Part shown: one piece after another, positions 49,633-61,868 of the stretch | How positions within the stretch are numbered: position 1 is the stretch's first letter | How the letters are laid out: each line of letters starts with the position of its first letter | Source of the DNA: Escherichia coli | GTDB lineage: Bacteria > Pseudomonadota > Gammaproteobacteria > Enterobacterales > Enterobacteriaceae | Length of the DNA stretch: 64,000 nt | Reading direction: 5' to 3' (one strand) | Assembly (NCBI RefSeq): GCF_003334385.1 | Contig: NZ_QOWN01000023.1 | Notes under the pieces: model-generated | Told to the model about the DNA's origin: nothing | What the model saw: only the letters and a program-made list of their open reading frames with translations | Database searches by the model: none | Program-made: the position numbers and the translations under genes

Positions 49633-49661
49633 GAGATAGTCATTTGACCGATACTGTGAAA
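49633..49661 (-). promoter_or_regulatory. Sigma-E-type promoter upstream of bepA
   Basis: Minus strand reads GGGAACG-N16-GTCAAA, close to the sigma-E consensus (GGAACTT-N16-TCAAA); bepA is a known sigma-E regulon member. Confidence 0.45.
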
Positions 49662-49823
49662 TATCGTTCCCACCGCGCCGCCTTTGAGTGTAACGGCGAA
49701 GATTAGCCCACTCAAATGACTTTTCAGTTTCCTGAATCCGTCATAAAAAGCGAAGTCTTTTTTGTGACATTTCGATACAATTGCGGATCGCAATCCCGCT
49801 CTTGAGGTTCAGGGAAGGTCTTT

Positions 49824-50885
49824 ATGCTCGAAATGTTGATGCAATGGTATCGCCGCCGTTTTAGCGACCCGGAAGCGATTGCCTTGCTGGTTATTTTAGT
49901 TGCCGGATTTGGCATTATCTTTTTCTTTAGTGGCCTGCTTGCTCCGTTGCTGGTGGCTATTGTGCTGGCCTATTTGCTGGAATGGCCAACCGTGCGTCTG
50001 CAATCTATTGGCTGCTCCCGCCGCTGGGCGACGTCGATTGTATTGGTGGTTTTCGTCGGTATATTGCTACTGATGGCGTTCGTGGTACTGCCTATCGCCT
50101 GGCAACAGGGCATCTACTTAATCCGCGATATGCCGGGGATGCTCAATAAGCTTTCTGACTTTGCCGCCACGTTGCCGCGCCGCTATCCGGCGTTAATGGA
50201 CGCGGGCATTATTGATGCAATGGCCGAAAATATGCGCAGTCGGATGCTGACCATGGGCGATTCGGTGGTGAAAATTTCCCTCGCCTCGCTGGTCGGTTTG
50301 CTGACCATAGCCGTCTATCTGGTGCTGGTGCCATTGATGGTCTTCTTCCTGCTGAAAGACAAAGAGCAGATGCTGAACGCCGTTCGCCGGGTGCTGCCGC
50401 GTAACCGTGGGCTGGCAGGACAGGTGTGGAAGGAGATGAATCAACAAATCACCAACTATATCCGCGGCAAAGTGCTGGAGATGATCGTGGTGGGGATCGC
50501 CACCTGGCTGGGGTTCTTGCTCTTCGGGCTGAACTATTCGCTGCTGCTGGCAGTGCTGGTCGGCTTCTCGGTTCTTATTCCGTACATTGGCGCATTTGTG
50601 GTGACCATTCCGGTGGTTGGCGTGGCGCTATTCCAGTTTGGCGCAGGTACTGAATTCTGGAGCTGCTTCGCGGTGTATCTGATTATTCAGGCGCTGGACG
50701 GCAACCTGTTAGTGCCGGTGTTGTTCTCCGAAGCGGTTAACCTGCATCCGCTGGTGATTATTTTATCGGTGGTGATCTTCGGTGGTTTGTGGGGATTCTG
50801 GGGCGTATTCTTCGCCATTCCGTTGGCGACGCTGATCAAAGCCGTGATTCATGCCTGGCCCGATGGGCAAATCGCGCAAGAATAA
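49824..50885 (+). CDS. perM: AI-2E family transporter PerM (YfgO)
   Basis: 353 aa; multi-TM AI-2E/PerM-family permease. Confidence 0.88.
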   Translation: MLEMLMQWYRRRFSDPEAIALLVILVAGFGIIFFFSGLLAPLLVAIVLAYLLEWPTVRLQSIGCSRRWATSIVLVVFVGILLLMAFVVLPIAWQQGIYLIRDMPGMLNKLSDFAATLPRRYPALMDAGIIDAMAENMRSRMLTMGDSVVKISLASLVGLLTIAVYLVLVPLMVFFLLKDKEQMLNAVRRVLPRNRGLAGQVWKEMNQQITNYIRGKVLEMIVVGIATWLGFLLFGLNYSLLLAVLVGFSVLIPYIGAFVVTIPVVGVALFQFGAGTEFWSCFAVYLIIQALDGNLLVPVLFSEAVNLHPLVIILSVVIFGGLWGFWGVFFAIPLATLIKAVIHAWPDGQIAQE

Positions 50886-50889
50886 TCTT

Positions 50890-50923
50890 CAGCCCGACGA
50901 ACTGTTTCGCCGGGCTGATTTTT
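50890..50923 (+). terminator. Hairpin plus U-tract after perM, overlapping the focB 3' end
   Basis: CAGCCCG ... CGGGCTG followed by ATTTTT. Confidence 0.45.
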
Positions 50924-51771
50924 CAGGGTTCCTGACGTAAATAAATAGCCCGATAACACATACTCACCAGCACCGCACCGCCGATAATATTACCCAGCAT
51001 CACCGGGAGCAGATTGGCGGTAATAAAATGGCTGACCGTCAGTGCCGGAAAATTGTCTGCGCTACTGTGCGCCAGCTGCCAGAAGGGGGGAGGGGCGAAA
51101 TGGCGAATGGCAATGGCGAACGGAATCACAAACAAATTGGCGATACAGTGCTCAAAGCCACTGGCGACAAACAGGGTGATGGGCAAAATCATGGCGACGA
51201 TTTTGTCGCATAACGAACGCCCGCAATAACTCATCCACAGCGCCAGGCAAACCATCAGATTGCACATAATGCCGAGGCTGACAGATTCAGTAAATGTATG
51301 ATGCATTTTGCCCTCGGCGCAGTGTAAAACCGCGACTCCCCACATCGCGTTTTCACTCATCACCAGCCCGGAAAACCAGATTAACAAACTGAAACAGGCA
51401 ATACCTGCCAGATTACCGCAGGCCACCAGAAGTGCGTTAATCAGCCAAGTTCGCCAACTAATAACGCCCCGACTTTTTGCCATCACCGTCATTACCGACG
51501 AGGTGAACAGGCTGGTGCCGCAAACCGCCAGCAAAATAAAGCCGAGTGTAAAGCAAAGGCCGCCCACCAGATGGGTTAATGCCTGTGAAGACGGGGCATC
51601 GGCGATAACGGAAAGGTAAAAAGTAAATCCGATCGCCATAAACACGCCAGCGGACATCGCCATTAAAAAGACCGACACTTTACTGCGGGCAATTTTATGG
51701 GCGGCAATCCGTTCAGCGATTGCCGCTTTTCTGGCGCTCAACTGCAAGTCGAAAGAGAGTTTGTTTCTCAT
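50923..51771 (-). CDS. focB: Formate channel FocB (FNT family)
   Basis: 282 aa; FNT-family membrane channel at the distal end of the hyf operon. Confidence 0.93.
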   Translation of the reverse strand: MRNKLSFDLQLSARKAAIAERIAAHKIARSKVSVFLMAMSAGVFMAIGFTFYLSVIADAPSSQALTHLVGGLCFTLGFILLAVCGTSLFTSSVMTVMAKSRGVISWRTWLINALLVACGNLAGIACFSLLIWFSGLVMSENAMWGVAVLHCAEGKMHHTFTESVSLGIMCNLMVCLALWMSYCGRSLCDKIVAMILPITLFVASGFEHCIANLFVIPFAIAIRHFAPPPFWQLAHSSADNFPALTVSHFITANLLPVMLGNIIGGAVLVSMCYRAIYLRQEP

Positions 51772-51792
51772 GCATACTCCTGCAAAAGCAGA

Positions 51793-53805
51793 TTACAACA
51801 CCTCGCGAACCGAGATCCCCAGCCGCTGCATTCGTGACAGCAGCGTGGTGCGCTTCATCCCTAATCGCGTCGCTGCGCCACGGGGCCCGGCAACAATGCC
51901 ATTGGTTTCTCGCAATACCTGAACAATGCGCTGACGTTCTTCTTCGTCATTCTCTGGCGTCGTCGGGTGCAGTAACTGCGCCATTGAACTGCGAAGCGCT
52001 GAATCTTCATTTAGCGTCGGCAGTAAACGGCTTTGTCGGACATTTAGATGTAAATTCAGACTGTTACCACGAGTCAACAGTACCGCCCGCTCAATCACGT
52101 TTTCCAGCTCGCGCACGTTGCCCGGCCAATCCCACGACATCAACTGGCGTAGTGCCTCGGTCGGGATGGCGTCAATTGCGCGATTCATATGGCGCGCCAT
52201 TTTTTGCGTGAAATGTTTTGCTAAAAGAGGGATATCTTCCGGACGGTCGCGTAGCGGCGGCAATTCCAGTGGGAAGACATTCAGGCGATAAAAGAGATCG
52301 CTGCGAAACTGGCGATCTTCAACCATTTGCCACAAATCACGGTTGGTGGCGGCAATGACTCTGACATTCACCGGGATCGTTCTACTCCCGCCGAGACGCT
52401 CAATCTCCCGCTCCTGCAATACGCGCAGCAGTTTAGGCTGAAGTTCTAACGGCAGATCGCCAATTTCATCGAGAAACAACGTGCCGCCATCGGCAATTTC
52501 AAAACGACCACGATGGGTATTAATCGCACCAGTAAACGCCCCTTTGTCATGACCGAATAACTCACTTTCCAGAAGACTGGCGGGGATGGCAGCGCAGTTG
52601 ATTTTGACCAGCGGCTTGTCGCGTCGCGGGCTAAGTTGATGGATCGCTCTGGCGATCACCTCTTTGCCAGTTCCGGTTTCACCACAAATCAACACCGTAC
52701 TGTCGCTCTTCGCCACAATATCTACCTGCTGGAGCAGGTCTTCCATTGCCTGGCTTTGATAGATAATGTCACCGATGCCCAGATTCGAAAGGAGCTGCTC
52801 GCTAAGCTGGTGGTTTTCTTGCTGCAAACTTTCCTGCAAATCGGTCATGCTACGCCAGGCATCGGCATTGCCAACGGCAATAGCGATGCGATCGGCTATG
52901 TGTTGTAGTAGCTGGCAGTTTTCCTCACTAAAGAGAGTGGAAGAGGTATGCGCCAGCAACAATGCACCCGGTGTATGGTTGCCAAAGGTAAGCGGTATAA
53001 GGAGCGCAGATTCGCAGCCGTTAGATGCAAGTAAGAGTAATAACGGGTCGCGTTGCCAGAGAAACAGATCATCTGCACGGTGCGTCAAGGTCGGTTGTCG
53101 GGTTTGTAGCGTTTGTGTCAGCAATACACTTTCGCCAGGCATACAGCGTGGCAGACACGCACAATGTGAGGCAGAAAGATCGCTGCACCACAGGCTGAAC
53201 TTCTCGTTCTTTCGATGATCGCCCAGTACCATACTGACTGAAGCCAGACCGAAAAAATGATGGATCTCACGAGCGACGTCAGCGATCAGATCGTCGAGAT
53301 CAAGATGTGACAGCACTGCATTAGTAATATCAACCAGTACCCGATGATGATCGCGATCTTTCTCCAGCAAACGCAGCGCCACCTGCTGTTCTTCATCATT
53401 GAGCCATGATTGCAGAACCGGGGTGATTATCCGCGCCAGCCAGTTAAACAGTGTGCAATCCTGGGAAGTAAAACGACTGCCGTGGGTGCGAATAAAGCGT
53501 AGCTCCGCCATTCCACTACTGCCGAGAAGGACGGCGTGACGCGAATAATCGACCATCTCGCCCTGATACTCTGTTGTTGCCGTCACATCGCTGCCATCAT
53601 CATGGTAGCGGTAATAGAAGTTGCTTTTGAGAACATGCAGTTCAATAAGTTGTACCGGGCTGAACGGCGGCGGCAGCGGGATGAAGGCGCGTAATAAAGA
53701 CGCCTTGCCGTGTTTCTGTGCTAACCGCTCCGCGAGCATTCCGTTTACCGCTTCAATTGTTATTCCTTGTGGCGGGGCAAACATCGCCTCGTCTGACATA
53801 GCCAT
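51793..53805 (-). CDS. hyfR: Sigma-54-dependent transcriptional activator HyfR (FhlA-like)
   Basis: ORF 51793..53808; start at second ATG for 670 aa; Walker A GETGTGKE; sigma-54 interaction motif GAFTGA; C-terminal HTH. Confidence 0.93.
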   Translation of the reverse strand: MAMSDEAMFAPPQGITIEAVNGMLAERLAQKHGKASLLRAFIPLPPPFSPVQLIELHVLKSNFYYRYHDDGSDVTATTEYQGEMVDYSRHAVLLGSSGMAELRFIRTHGSRFTSQDCTLFNWLARIITPVLQSWLNDEEQQVALRLLEKDRDHHRVLVDITNAVLSHLDLDDLIADVAREIHHFFGLASVSMVLGDHRKNEKFSLWCSDLSASHCACLPRCMPGESVLLTQTLQTRQPTLTHRADDLFLWQRDPLLLLLASNGCESALLIPLTFGNHTPGALLLAHTSSTLFSEENCQLLQHIADRIAIAVGNADAWRSMTDLQESLQQENHQLSEQLLSNLGIGDIIYQSQAMEDLLQQVDIVAKSDSTVLICGETGTGKEVIARAIHQLSPRRDKPLVKINCAAIPASLLESELFGHDKGAFTGAINTHRGRFEIADGGTLFLDEIGDLPLELQPKLLRVLQEREIERLGGSRTIPVNVRVIAATNRDLWQMVEDRQFRSDLFYRLNVFPLELPPLRDRPEDIPLLAKHFTQKMARHMNRAIDAIPTEALRQLMSWDWPGNVRELENVIERAVLLTRGNSLNLHLNVRQSRLLPTLNEDSALRSSMAQLLHPTTPENDEEERQRIVQVLRETNGIVAGPRGAATRLGMKRTTLLSRMQRLGISVREVL

Positions 53806-53834
53806 CAACAGTCCTTATTAATGAGAAATCCTTC

Positions 53835-54248
53835 TCACGCAATTTTTCTGGCCATCAGATAGATGGCCGGTTCCTGCACAATTTCATCCAACAGATGAAT
53901 GAATTGAATGCTACGCGCCTGCCACACAGACGTCGCGTCATCCGCCAGTGGCGCGAATGCCCGGGTCAACAGGGCGGTGTGGCTGGCGTCAATAACAATC
54001 TCACCAAAAGTCATCACCCCCAGCATCTTACGTCGGGCTTGCTCCTCTTCGACCAGTGCAAGCCAATCTTCGTATTCCGTCAGTGGGCAGCGGAAGGCGA
54101 CATTCAGACAATCAATCACGCCAACGTGATGGCCGATAGCTAGCGAGTAATACATTACCTGAGAGCTGTGTTCCGGCATCTCGTCGCTACTGGCGACAAA
54201 CTTTTTTCGCAGCGTCCAGAAAACAATTTCCCCGCACTCTTCAGTCAT
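53835..54248 (-). CDS. hyfJ: Hydrogenase-4 component HyfJ (HycH-like)
   Basis: ORF 53835..54311; start at ATG 54248 ([11 protein letters not shown]) for 137 aa. Confidence 0.85.
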
Positions 54249-54999
54249 GTAACCCCCGGAGTACGCGAAAGAGTTGCTGAACGATACTATTGAGACGTGG
54301 ATCGTCGGCATCGCGCAACCAGGTGTTAACCCGATTTCCTGTAGGATCGTCGCTTAAATGGCGCAGGAGCCGATCGCAAATTTCTCGCCCCTGACGATAG
54401 CCCGCCAGCCGCCGCGCTTCTCGCTCAATGGCGATACGCTGTGATGGCGGGATCTGCGGCCACAACGGTTGCATAGTCACCCCGGTGGGATCGCGATAAT
54501 CCACAGCGTGAATCTTCTGTTGCAGCAAACCGAGCGCCACGGCGAAACCGTGAATGGTGGCGGCCGGTGTTGGCGGGCAGCCGGGGATCCAAACATCAAT
54601 GGGGACAATGGTGTCGCTACCGCCCCAGACGCTGTAGAGATCGTGGAAAATACCGCCGCCGACACCGCACGCGCCGTAGGAAACACAAATTTTATGATCG
54701 GGGGCAGACTCATACGCCCGAAGTGCAGGCATACGCATCGCCCGGGTGACTGCGCCAGTAAATAACAAAATATCGGCGTGACGCGGTGATGAAACAACCT
54801 TAATGCCAAAACGTTCTGCGTCGAATACTGGTGTAATGGCAGCAAAAATTTCGATTTCACAGGCGTTGCAGCCGCCGCAATCGACGCGATAAACGTAAGC
54901 CGAGCGACGGATATCCTGTAGCAAATGCCGCTTCATCTTTTGCGTTTGCTCGTCCAGCGTGATGGGCTGGCTGACATGTTGTGTAAGCACTGGACTCAT
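54241..54999 (-). CDS. hyfI: Hydrogenase-4 small subunit HyfI (NuoB/HycG-like)
   Basis: 252 aa; NuoB-type Fe-S cysteines; 8-nt overlap with hyfJ. Confidence 0.93.
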
Positions 55000-55541
55000 A
55001 GCTGCTCCTTAGCCACCAGCAGTACATCTGTATCGTCGTTGATCAGCGTCGCGCGTTGTTTGCATTCCGGGCAGACGCTCGCTTGCGCCCACAACATTTC
55101 GCGGTTTTGTGGCGCATTTTGTTGCTGTGCTAACAATTCAGCAGCCAGTGCGATGGTTTTTTGCGGGGCAAACGGGCGTTCGCAACGGCTGCAACGTTGT
55201 AGATGGAACGTCGCGCGGGTATAGAGATCGGCTTTATTGGTGACGGTCAGTTCAAAGTTATTGGTAAGCTGGATGGCTCTGGTCGGGCACACTTCTTCAC
55301 AACGTCCGCAGTAAATACAACGCCCCAGATAGAGCTGCCAGGTGCGCGAATTTTGCTGGTCGTCGGTCTGGATAGTCAGCGCATTTGCCGGACAAGCACA
55401 GGCGCAGGCACCGCAGGCAATACATTGGCTGGGCATCAGGTCCGGTTTTCCGCGAAAGCCAGGGCTGACCTCCAGTGGCGCGAAGGGATATTTCACCGTC
55501 GCGGTTCCGGCGCGCATAATAGTTTTCAGTAACTTCAGCAT
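54996..55541 (-). CDS. hyfH: Hydrogenase-4 ferredoxin-like subunit HyfH (2x[4Fe-4S])
   Basis: 181 aa; [12 protein letters not shown] and [12 protein letters not shown] motifs. Confidence 0.93.
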
Positions 55542-55550
55542 CTTCTGTCC

Positions 55551-57218
55551 TTACTTCAGCGGCGAACGGTTACGATCAATGCCGTAGCGTTCGATCTCTT
55601 TATACGGCACGGTTTTTGACTGGCGCTTGCGCACATCTACCAGCGTCACACGGTCGGTACAGGAGTAGCAGGGATCAAGGCTACCGATAATCAGCGGTGC
55701 GTCAGAAACGGTATTGCCGCGCAGCATGTAACGCAACACCGGCCAGTTGGCGTAGGTGGCGGCACGGCAGCGCCAGCGGAACAATTTTTGGTTATCACCG
55801 AGCATGCTCCAGTGCACGTCTTCACCGCGTGGCGCTTCAACAAAGCCCAGCGCGAATGCGTGAGGTTTATAGCTAAAGCCTTCGGTCAGCAGTGGGGTAT
55901 CCGGCATGTTGTCGAGGGCAAATTCCAGCATTGCCAGCGAATCAAACGTCTCTTTGACACGGACCATCACGCGGGAGAAAACATCGCCGCCGGTAAAGGT
56001 AAACAGTGTTTTTGGAATATTGCCGTAGTCGGCGTAGGGGTGATCAAAGCGCAAATCACGGGCGATTTGTCGGTCGAGAATGCCAATGCCCTGAGTGCGT
56101 TGTTCCATATTCGGCGTAGCAAGCAGCATCTCTACCAGCTCCGACACGTCGGCGCGCATCTCGCGCACCAGTTTCAGCGTTTGCAGACGTTGCTCTTTGA
56201 GAATATCGCGGCGAACACCACCAATCAGATTCAGACCGTAGGTTTTACGCGACCCGATCAGCAATTCCGCCATCGTCATCGACTTTTCCCGCACGCGGAA
56301 AAATTGCATAAAGCCGGTATCAAAACCAACGAAATGGCAGGAGAGGCCAAGGTTAAGCAAATGACTGTGTAGCCGTTCGACTTCCAGCAGAATCGAGCGA
56401 ATAGTATGTGCTCGTTGCGGCACCTCAATCCCCAGTGCATTTTCAACCGAATTGGTATAGGCCACACTGTGGGCAAAACCGCAAATCCCACACACGCGGT
56501 CCGATAAGAAGGTCACTTCGTTGTAGCCCATCCGCGTTTCTGCCAGTTTCTCCATGCCGCGATGGACATAAAACAGGCGGTAATCAGCATCGACAATTTG
56601 CTCGCCATCCACAAACAAGCGGAAGTGACCCGGTTCATCGGAGGTGATATGCAGCGGGCCGACAGGGATCACCCGCGCATCGCTGTTGCCCTCATTGATA
56701 AACGGATACGTTTCGGAATCAGTCGTCGGTTCAGGGCGCAGTCGATAATCCATCGCATCTTTGCGCAGCGGATGCATATCTTCCGGCCAGTCATCGGGCA
56801 ACACCAGGCGACGCTGATCCGGCAGGCCAACCGGAATCAGCCCGTACATATCGCGAATTTCTCGCTCGCCCCAGACCGCGGCAGGGACGCGCGGTGTGAC
56901 TGACGGAAACTCCCGACTGTCGGCATCGACCAGCGCCTTCACCACAATCCAGCATTTTTCGGCCCCTTCCATTGAAAGGGCATAATAAACCGCGTAATGA
57001 CCGTTAAGTGTCCGCTCGTCGTTGCCAAACAGGACCGGAAGCCAGCCATCATGTTGATAATAAAGATACTGTACAACGTCAGGCAGCAGATTGATTTTCA
57101 CCGTAATGGTGACCTGTTCAGGCGTTTGTCGCTCTTCATCCAGCACCGCGCCGGGGAACTGCGTTTTCAGGGCGGCGAGAATCGCTTCGCCACGATTTGA
57201 CGATGAATTAACGTTCAC
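55551..57218 (-). CDS. hyfG: Hydrogenase-4 [NiFe] large subunit HyfG
   Basis: ORF 55551..57263; GTG start at 57218 gives 555 aa; NiFe ligand motifs [11 protein letters not shown] and DPCYSCTDR. Confidence 0.93.
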   Translation of the reverse strand: MNVNSSSNRGEAILAALKTQFPGAVLDEERQTPEQVTITVKINLLPDVVQYLYYQHDGWLPVLFGNDERTLNGHYAVYYALSMEGAEKCWIVVKALVDADSREFPSVTPRVPAAVWGEREIRDMYGLIPVGLPDQRRLVLPDDWPEDMHPLRKDAMDYRLRPEPTTDSETYPFINEGNSDARVIPVGPLHITSDEPGHFRLFVDGEQIVDADYRLFYVHRGMEKLAETRMGYNEVTFLSDRVCGICGFAHSVAYTNSVENALGIEVPQRAHTIRSILLEVERLHSHLLNLGLSCHFVGFDTGFMQFFRVREKSMTMAELLIGSRKTYGLNLIGGVRRDILKEQRLQTLKLVREMRADVSELVEMLLATPNMEQRTQGIGILDRQIARDLRFDHPYADYGNIPKTLFTFTGGDVFSRVMVRVKETFDSLAMLEFALDNMPDTPLLTEGFSYKPHAFALGFVEAPRGEDVHWSMLGDNQKLFRWRCRAATYANWPVLRYMLRGNTVSDAPLIIGSLDPCYSCTDRVTLVDVRKRQSKTVPYKEIERYGIDRNRSPLK

Positions 57219-58788
57219 TGTGTTTCTCCGAAACAGATGCGGTGCCTGAAGGCAAAAAATCATGCCAGGTGCTACGTTGTGCAGGCAGATCGTGCGTCCC
57301 TGAGAGGACTATAGTGGAAGCGCCCGCCAGGATCCTGATGACAGGTTGTGGAATATGCGTTCCCATCGCCAGCATCATGACCAGCAGAATCACCATTGGC
57401 GAGGTGGTCAACCAGCCGAGATCACCCCGGTTAACGGCCTGCGGCGGTTTCGCCATTAACACCCGCGCAGCCATCCGTACCAGGCCCGCCAGCACCAGCG
57501 TTAACAGCAATAACAGCAGGACGATAATCAGCAGGTGATTACGTGCCAGTCCGGCGGTAATGGTCATAAATTCGCTAAGAAAAATGTTGAAGGGCGGCAT
57601 CCCTGCCAGCGCCAGCGCACCGCCGCCAAACAGCACGGCGGTAAATGGCATGATTTTGAGCATCCCACAGACGACGTTGAGATCGCGCGTGCCGTACTTG
57701 AGCAGTACATTGCCGGAACCGCAGAACAGCAGCGTTTTTGCCAGACTGTGGTTTAAGATGTGCAGCAGCGCGGCAAAAATTCCCAGCGGCCCGCCAATGC
57801 CTAGCTCCACCGCGACCAGCCCCATGTTCTCCACGCTGGAGTACGCCAGCAGACGCTTAATGTCCCGCTGTACCAGAATGAAAAATGCCGCCACGGCAAC
57901 CGACAACATGCCGAAGATGAGCAACAACCGGTTGGGGAAATCGCTGCCGATGGCTTGGCAAATAATGATGTAATAGCGAATCAGCACCAACAGCGCGCAG
58001 TTCAGCAATAGGGCGGAGAGCAGGGCGCTGACCGGACTCGGCGCTTCACTGTGAGCATCCGGCAGCCAGGCGTGCATGGGAAATAGCCCGGTTTTGGTAC
58101 CAAAGCCAATTAGCAAAAACACAAAGGCCAACAGCATTAATGTTGGGTCAAGCAAGGACGATTGCTTAAGAACCTCGCTCCAGAATATCGCCATTTCTGC
58201 CTGCGGCATAACGCTGGCGGCGTTGGCGTATACCAGCACGGTACCGAACAGACCAAAAGCGACACCAACAGTACAAATAATGATGTACTTCCATGCAGCT
58301 TCCAGCGATGAACGCTGACCGTAAATGCCTACCAGAAACGCCGAGCTTAAGGTGGTGGCTTCGATCGCCGCCCACATCACAATCAGGTTATTGCTGGTAA
58401 CAACCAGCAGCATGGTGAACAAAAACAGATGGAAGAAACCGTAGTAATCGCACAGCGTAACGGGTGAAAGCTCGCCGTGTGCCACTTCATGACGCATGTA
58501 GCCAATCGAGTAAATACCGGTGAGAAAGCCAATCACACCAAGAATGGCGAGGAACAAACCGCCCAGACCATCAATATGAAGCCACAGTCCCGCAGCGAAT
58601 ATTTCTCCTGCATCAGCGGCAGTTTGGACCACCCAGAGTGCCAGAATCAGCAGCAGTGTGATCCCTAAGCTATGTAATACGGTCACCGTGCGAGTCGCAG
58701 AAAGTCTCCGTTTCCGGCAGGCAAAACAGAGCAGCGAAAAAAGCAGCGGCGTGAGCAGGAGTAAAGCGAACATCACAGAATAACTCAT
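57208..58788 (-). CDS. hyfF: Hydrogenase-4 membrane subunit HyfF (NuoL/M/N antiporter-like)
   Basis: 526 aa polytopic membrane protein. Confidence 0.92.
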   Translation of the reverse strand: MSYSVMFALLLLTPLLFSLLCFACRKRRLSATRTVTVLHSLGITLLLILALWVVQTAADAGEIFAAGLWLHIDGLGGLFLAILGVIGFLTGIYSIGYMRHEVAHGELSPVTLCDYYGFFHLFLFTMLLVVTSNNLIVMWAAIEATTLSSAFLVGIYGQRSSLEAAWKYIIICTVGVAFGLFGTVLVYANAASVMPQAEMAIFWSEVLKQSSLLDPTLMLLAFVFLLIGFGTKTGLFPMHAWLPDAHSEAPSPVSALLSALLLNCALLVLIRYYIIICQAIGSDFPNRLLLIFGMLSVAVAAFFILVQRDIKRLLAYSSVENMGLVAVELGIGGPLGIFAALLHILNHSLAKTLLFCGSGNVLLKYGTRDLNVVCGMLKIMPFTAVLFGGGALALAGMPPFNIFLSEFMTITAGLARNHLLIIVLLLLLLTLVLAGLVRMAARVLMAKPPQAVNRGDLGWLTTSPMVILLVMMLAMGTHIPQPVIRILAGASTIVLSGTHDLPAQRSTWHDFLPSGTASVSEKHSER

Positions 58789-58792
58789 CTCA

Positions 58793-59443
58793 TTATCCCT
58801 TCAGCGTGGTCAAGTTGTTCACGTCCAGCGTGCCGTGGGTACGCCATATTTTTCTTGCCAGTAACACCATCACAATGACGGCGAAGATGGCGTCGGTAGC
58901 GATACCTATTTCCACCAGTTCCGGTGCTCGCCAGGCAAGAAGCGCCAGCACCAGATGGGAGCCGTTTTCCATCAGGCAGTAACCAAAAATTTGCCGCAGG
59001 ATATTGCGCTGGCTGACAATGCACAGCAGGCCAAGCAGAAAATGACCTAACGCTACCGCCAGCGCCGGTTTCAGCCCGGTAGCCATCGGTAGCTTCACGG
59101 GCTGAACGACAAATGCGCAAAGCAGGACAATTAACGCCGCGAGCAGTGCCATCATTGCCGGACCGAATAACGCTTTTTCCGGGATGTTCTGGGGAATATT
59201 TCGTGCAGCGTAAGTCATGATTAACGGTACCAGCAGCACTTTGGTGATAAAGGCGCTGGCGGACCAGATCAGCAGTTGCTCTGCGGCGAACAGGCACGAG
59301 AGAGTGGCGAAAATAGACACCAGCACCAGTGACTGGCAGGCGTAAAATCCGCATGACAGGCGATAGCTTTTGACGCTAATCACAAACAGCGATGTCAGCA
59401 TCATCAGTCCCGCCAGATTATTTACGATCATAGAACCGGTCAT
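58793..59443 (-). CDS. hyfE: Hydrogenase-4 membrane subunit HyfE
   Basis: 216 aa; multi-TM. Confidence 0.9.
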   Translation of the reverse strand: MTGSMIVNNLAGLMMLTSLFVISVKSYRLSCGFYACQSLVLVSIFATLSCLFAAEQLLIWSASAFITKVLLVPLIMTYAARNIPQNIPEKALFGPAMMALLAALIVLLCAFVVQPVKLPMATGLKPALAVALGHFLLGLLCIVSQRNILRQIFGYCLMENGSHLVLALLAWRAPELVEIGIATDAIFAVIVMVLLARKIWRTHGTLDVNNLTTLKG

Positions 59444-59454
59444 TCATCATCTCC

Positions 59455-60894
59455 TTACTGCAACCAGGTCGCGGCGATTACGCTGGAAATCAGCGACATC
59501 ACAATCAGTACAATCAACACCAGGCGCATTGATCCTGGCAGCGGTGCGGCATCGGCGACGGCCTCGCTCGGTTTGCCAGGCACAACGCGACCAAACCAGC
59601 GAATAAACCAGGCGAAACTGGCGACCGATTCAATCATCAGAAGAATCATGGCGGGCAGCAGGATCCAGTACTCCACTGACAACGCAAAACCGGCAGCAAA
59701 CAGCGGGAATTTACTGAAGAAGCCGTTGAACGGCGGCACGCCGGTAATCGCCAGCGCTGCCACGCAGAAACCCACGCCTGGCAACGGCAGGGTGTGCAAT
59801 ACGCCACGCAGACGCGGCAACAAGCGCGTGCCGCAGCTGTAACTCAGCGCACCTGCTACAAGGAAAAACAGGCTTTTAGCGAACGCGTGGTTGACGATGT
59901 AGGCGATGCTGCCCTCCAGCGCCAGCCGCGAGCCGAAGATGGAGAGCGACAAGCCGAAGAACATCCAGCCAAGTTGAGTGATGGTCGACCAGGCTAGCAA
60001 CCGCTTCATATCCTGCTGTGGCAAATACATCAGAAAGCCATAAAGAATGGTGACCAGTGCCATGACCATGCCAACGCCGCCAATCACATGCGGGATATTG
60101 CCGCCGTCGATAATAGCGCGGGCAAAAATGTAAACGCCCACTTTCACCATCGATGCGGCGTGGAGATAGGCGCTGATCGGTGTTGGCGCTTCCATTGCGT
60201 CCGGTAGCCACGCTTGCATCGGTAGCTGGGCCGATTTCCCCCACGCGGCAAACAGGATGCCGCCATAAACCAGATAACGTGCGTCGCCGTGTAACTCGCT
60301 CATCGCGCTAAGCGCAAACGTTCCGGTCTGCAAAAACAGCGTGGCGGCGGCAAGATACAACCCCAACGAGCCGATATGAGTGATAAGTAACGCTTTTAGT
60401 GCTGAACGCTGCGCTTTATCGCTCTGGTAATAACTGATCAACGCCCAGGAGCAGCCGCCTGTAATTTCAAAAAACAACAACTGACCGAGCAGCGTCGAGG
60501 AGAGTACCAGTCCCGCCATCGCGCCGATAAACACCAGTAAAAATGCGTAATAACGATTCGTGCCGTTATGCGGGTGTTCGCGATTTTTATCCGTCAGATA
60601 ACCCGTGGAGTAGATCGTGACCAGCAAACCGAGAAACACCACCACAAACAGAATCAGCGTACTCACGCGATCAATGACCAGGCCAAACAACGCCACATCC
60701 CCCACGTTGACCAACGTCAACGTGACGGCAACTTTATCGGCCTGATAAAACGCGGAGATCAGTGACAACATGCACAGCGTGGTCAGCGCGGCGAACAAAA
60801 CCCCCCATTCGGCGGCCCGACGTTGTGGCGAAAACGAAACGACCAGTGCGCCGATAAAAGGCAGCAATAACGTCGTCAGAGCAAGATTTTCCAT
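59455..60894 (-). CDS. hyfD: Hydrogenase-4 membrane subunit HyfD (NuoL/M/N antiporter-like)
   Basis: 479 aa polytopic membrane protein. Confidence 0.92.
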   Translation of the reverse strand: MENLALTTLLLPFIGALVVSFSPQRRAAEWGVLFAALTTLCMLSLISAFYQADKVAVTLTLVNVGDVALFGLVIDRVSTLILFVVVFLGLLVTIYSTGYLTDKNREHPHNGTNRYYAFLLVFIGAMAGLVLSSTLLGQLLFFEITGGCSWALISYYQSDKAQRSALKALLITHIGSLGLYLAAATLFLQTGTFALSAMSELHGDARYLVYGGILFAAWGKSAQLPMQAWLPDAMEAPTPISAYLHAASMVKVGVYIFARAIIDGGNIPHVIGGVGMVMALVTILYGFLMYLPQQDMKRLLAWSTITQLGWMFFGLSLSIFGSRLALEGSIAYIVNHAFAKSLFFLVAGALSYSCGTRLLPRLRGVLHTLPLPGVGFCVAALAITGVPPFNGFFSKFPLFAAGFALSVEYWILLPAMILLMIESVASFAWFIRWFGRVVPGKPSEAVADAAPLPGSMRLVLIVLIVMSLISSVIAATWLQ

Positions 60895-60910
60895 ATTCCG
60901 TCAGTGCTCC

Positions 60911-61858
60911 TTACAGACCGGTTAACCAGAAGACCCATGCAAGCGCAGCAAGGCTGAAGCCAAGCCAGGTCACATGGTGAATGAGTAAAAAACGCCCGCG
61001 TGCCAGCGTGTTTTCTGCGATTGAGGCCAGTACAAAAATCAGCAAAACCTTGAGCAGCGTAACGACAAGTGAAGTCAGCAGGCAGGCGAGAGAAAGTTCT
61101 TGCGCGCGCCCAAAGGGCAGAAACAGGGCCACAAACAGTGATGCCATCACGACCTGTTTCAGCCCCAGCCCCCATTTCGCTAGCGCCAGCCCGGCACCGG
61201 AATATTCGGTCAGCGGGCCTTCCTGTAATTCCTGTTCTGCTTCAGCAACATCAAAGGGAATTTTTCCCATCTCAATGAAGCAGGCAAAACCACAGGCCAG
61301 TAACGCCAGTACGGTGGTTAGCGGCGAGTTCCAGCCCATCGCCAGCGTATTGCTGATCATCTCGATATGCGTGGAACCTGCTATCAGCGCCAATACCAGC
61401 AGTGAGAGAATAAGCATTGGTTCGACCAGAATGCCGAGCGTCAACTCGCGACTGGCACCGACTCCCGCAAACGGACTTCCGGTATCCAGCCCGGAAAGAG
61501 CAAAGAAAAAACGAAACAGGGCAAGAAGATAGATAAGGGTGATCAGATCGCCGCCGCCCGCAAAAGGGGAAACGGTAATAAACAGTGGTAAGGCCATCGC
61601 CAGCACCAGCATGCTGCTGATTAATACCCACGGCATCAGGCGGAACATCAGACCTGAAGATGTCGGCGCAACTTCCTGGCGTTTAAACAGTTTGTGGATA
61701 TCGCGATAATCCTGCCAGATCCCCGGCCCGCGGCGGGAGTGCATACGCGCGCGTATCTGCCGGGAAATACCCGTAAAAAGTGGGGTTAGCATCAGCAGAA
61801 TCACGGCCTGTGCTAACGCAAAAATGACCAGATATCCGTCGCAAAGAGTTTGTCTCAT
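60911..61858 (-). CDS. hyfC: Hydrogenase-4 membrane subunit HyfC (NuoH/HycD-like)
   Basis: ORF 60911..61879; start at ATG 61858 for 315 aa. Confidence 0.9.
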   Translation of the reverse strand: MRQTLCDGYLVIFALAQAVILLMLTPLFTGISRQIRARMHSRRGPGIWQDYRDIHKLFKRQEVAPTSSGLMFRLMPWVLISSMLVLAMALPLFITVSPFAGGGDLITLIYLLALFRFFFALSGLDTGSPFAGVGASRELTLGILVEPMLILSLLVLALIAGSTHIEMISNTLAMGWNSPLTTVLALLACGFACFIEMGKIPFDVAEAEQELQEGPLTEYSGAGLALAKWGLGLKQVVMASLFVALFLPFGRAQELSLACLLTSLVVTLLKVLLIFVLASIAENTLARGRFLLIHHVTWLGFSLAALAWVFWLTGL

Positions 61859-61868
61859 GGTGATTTCC

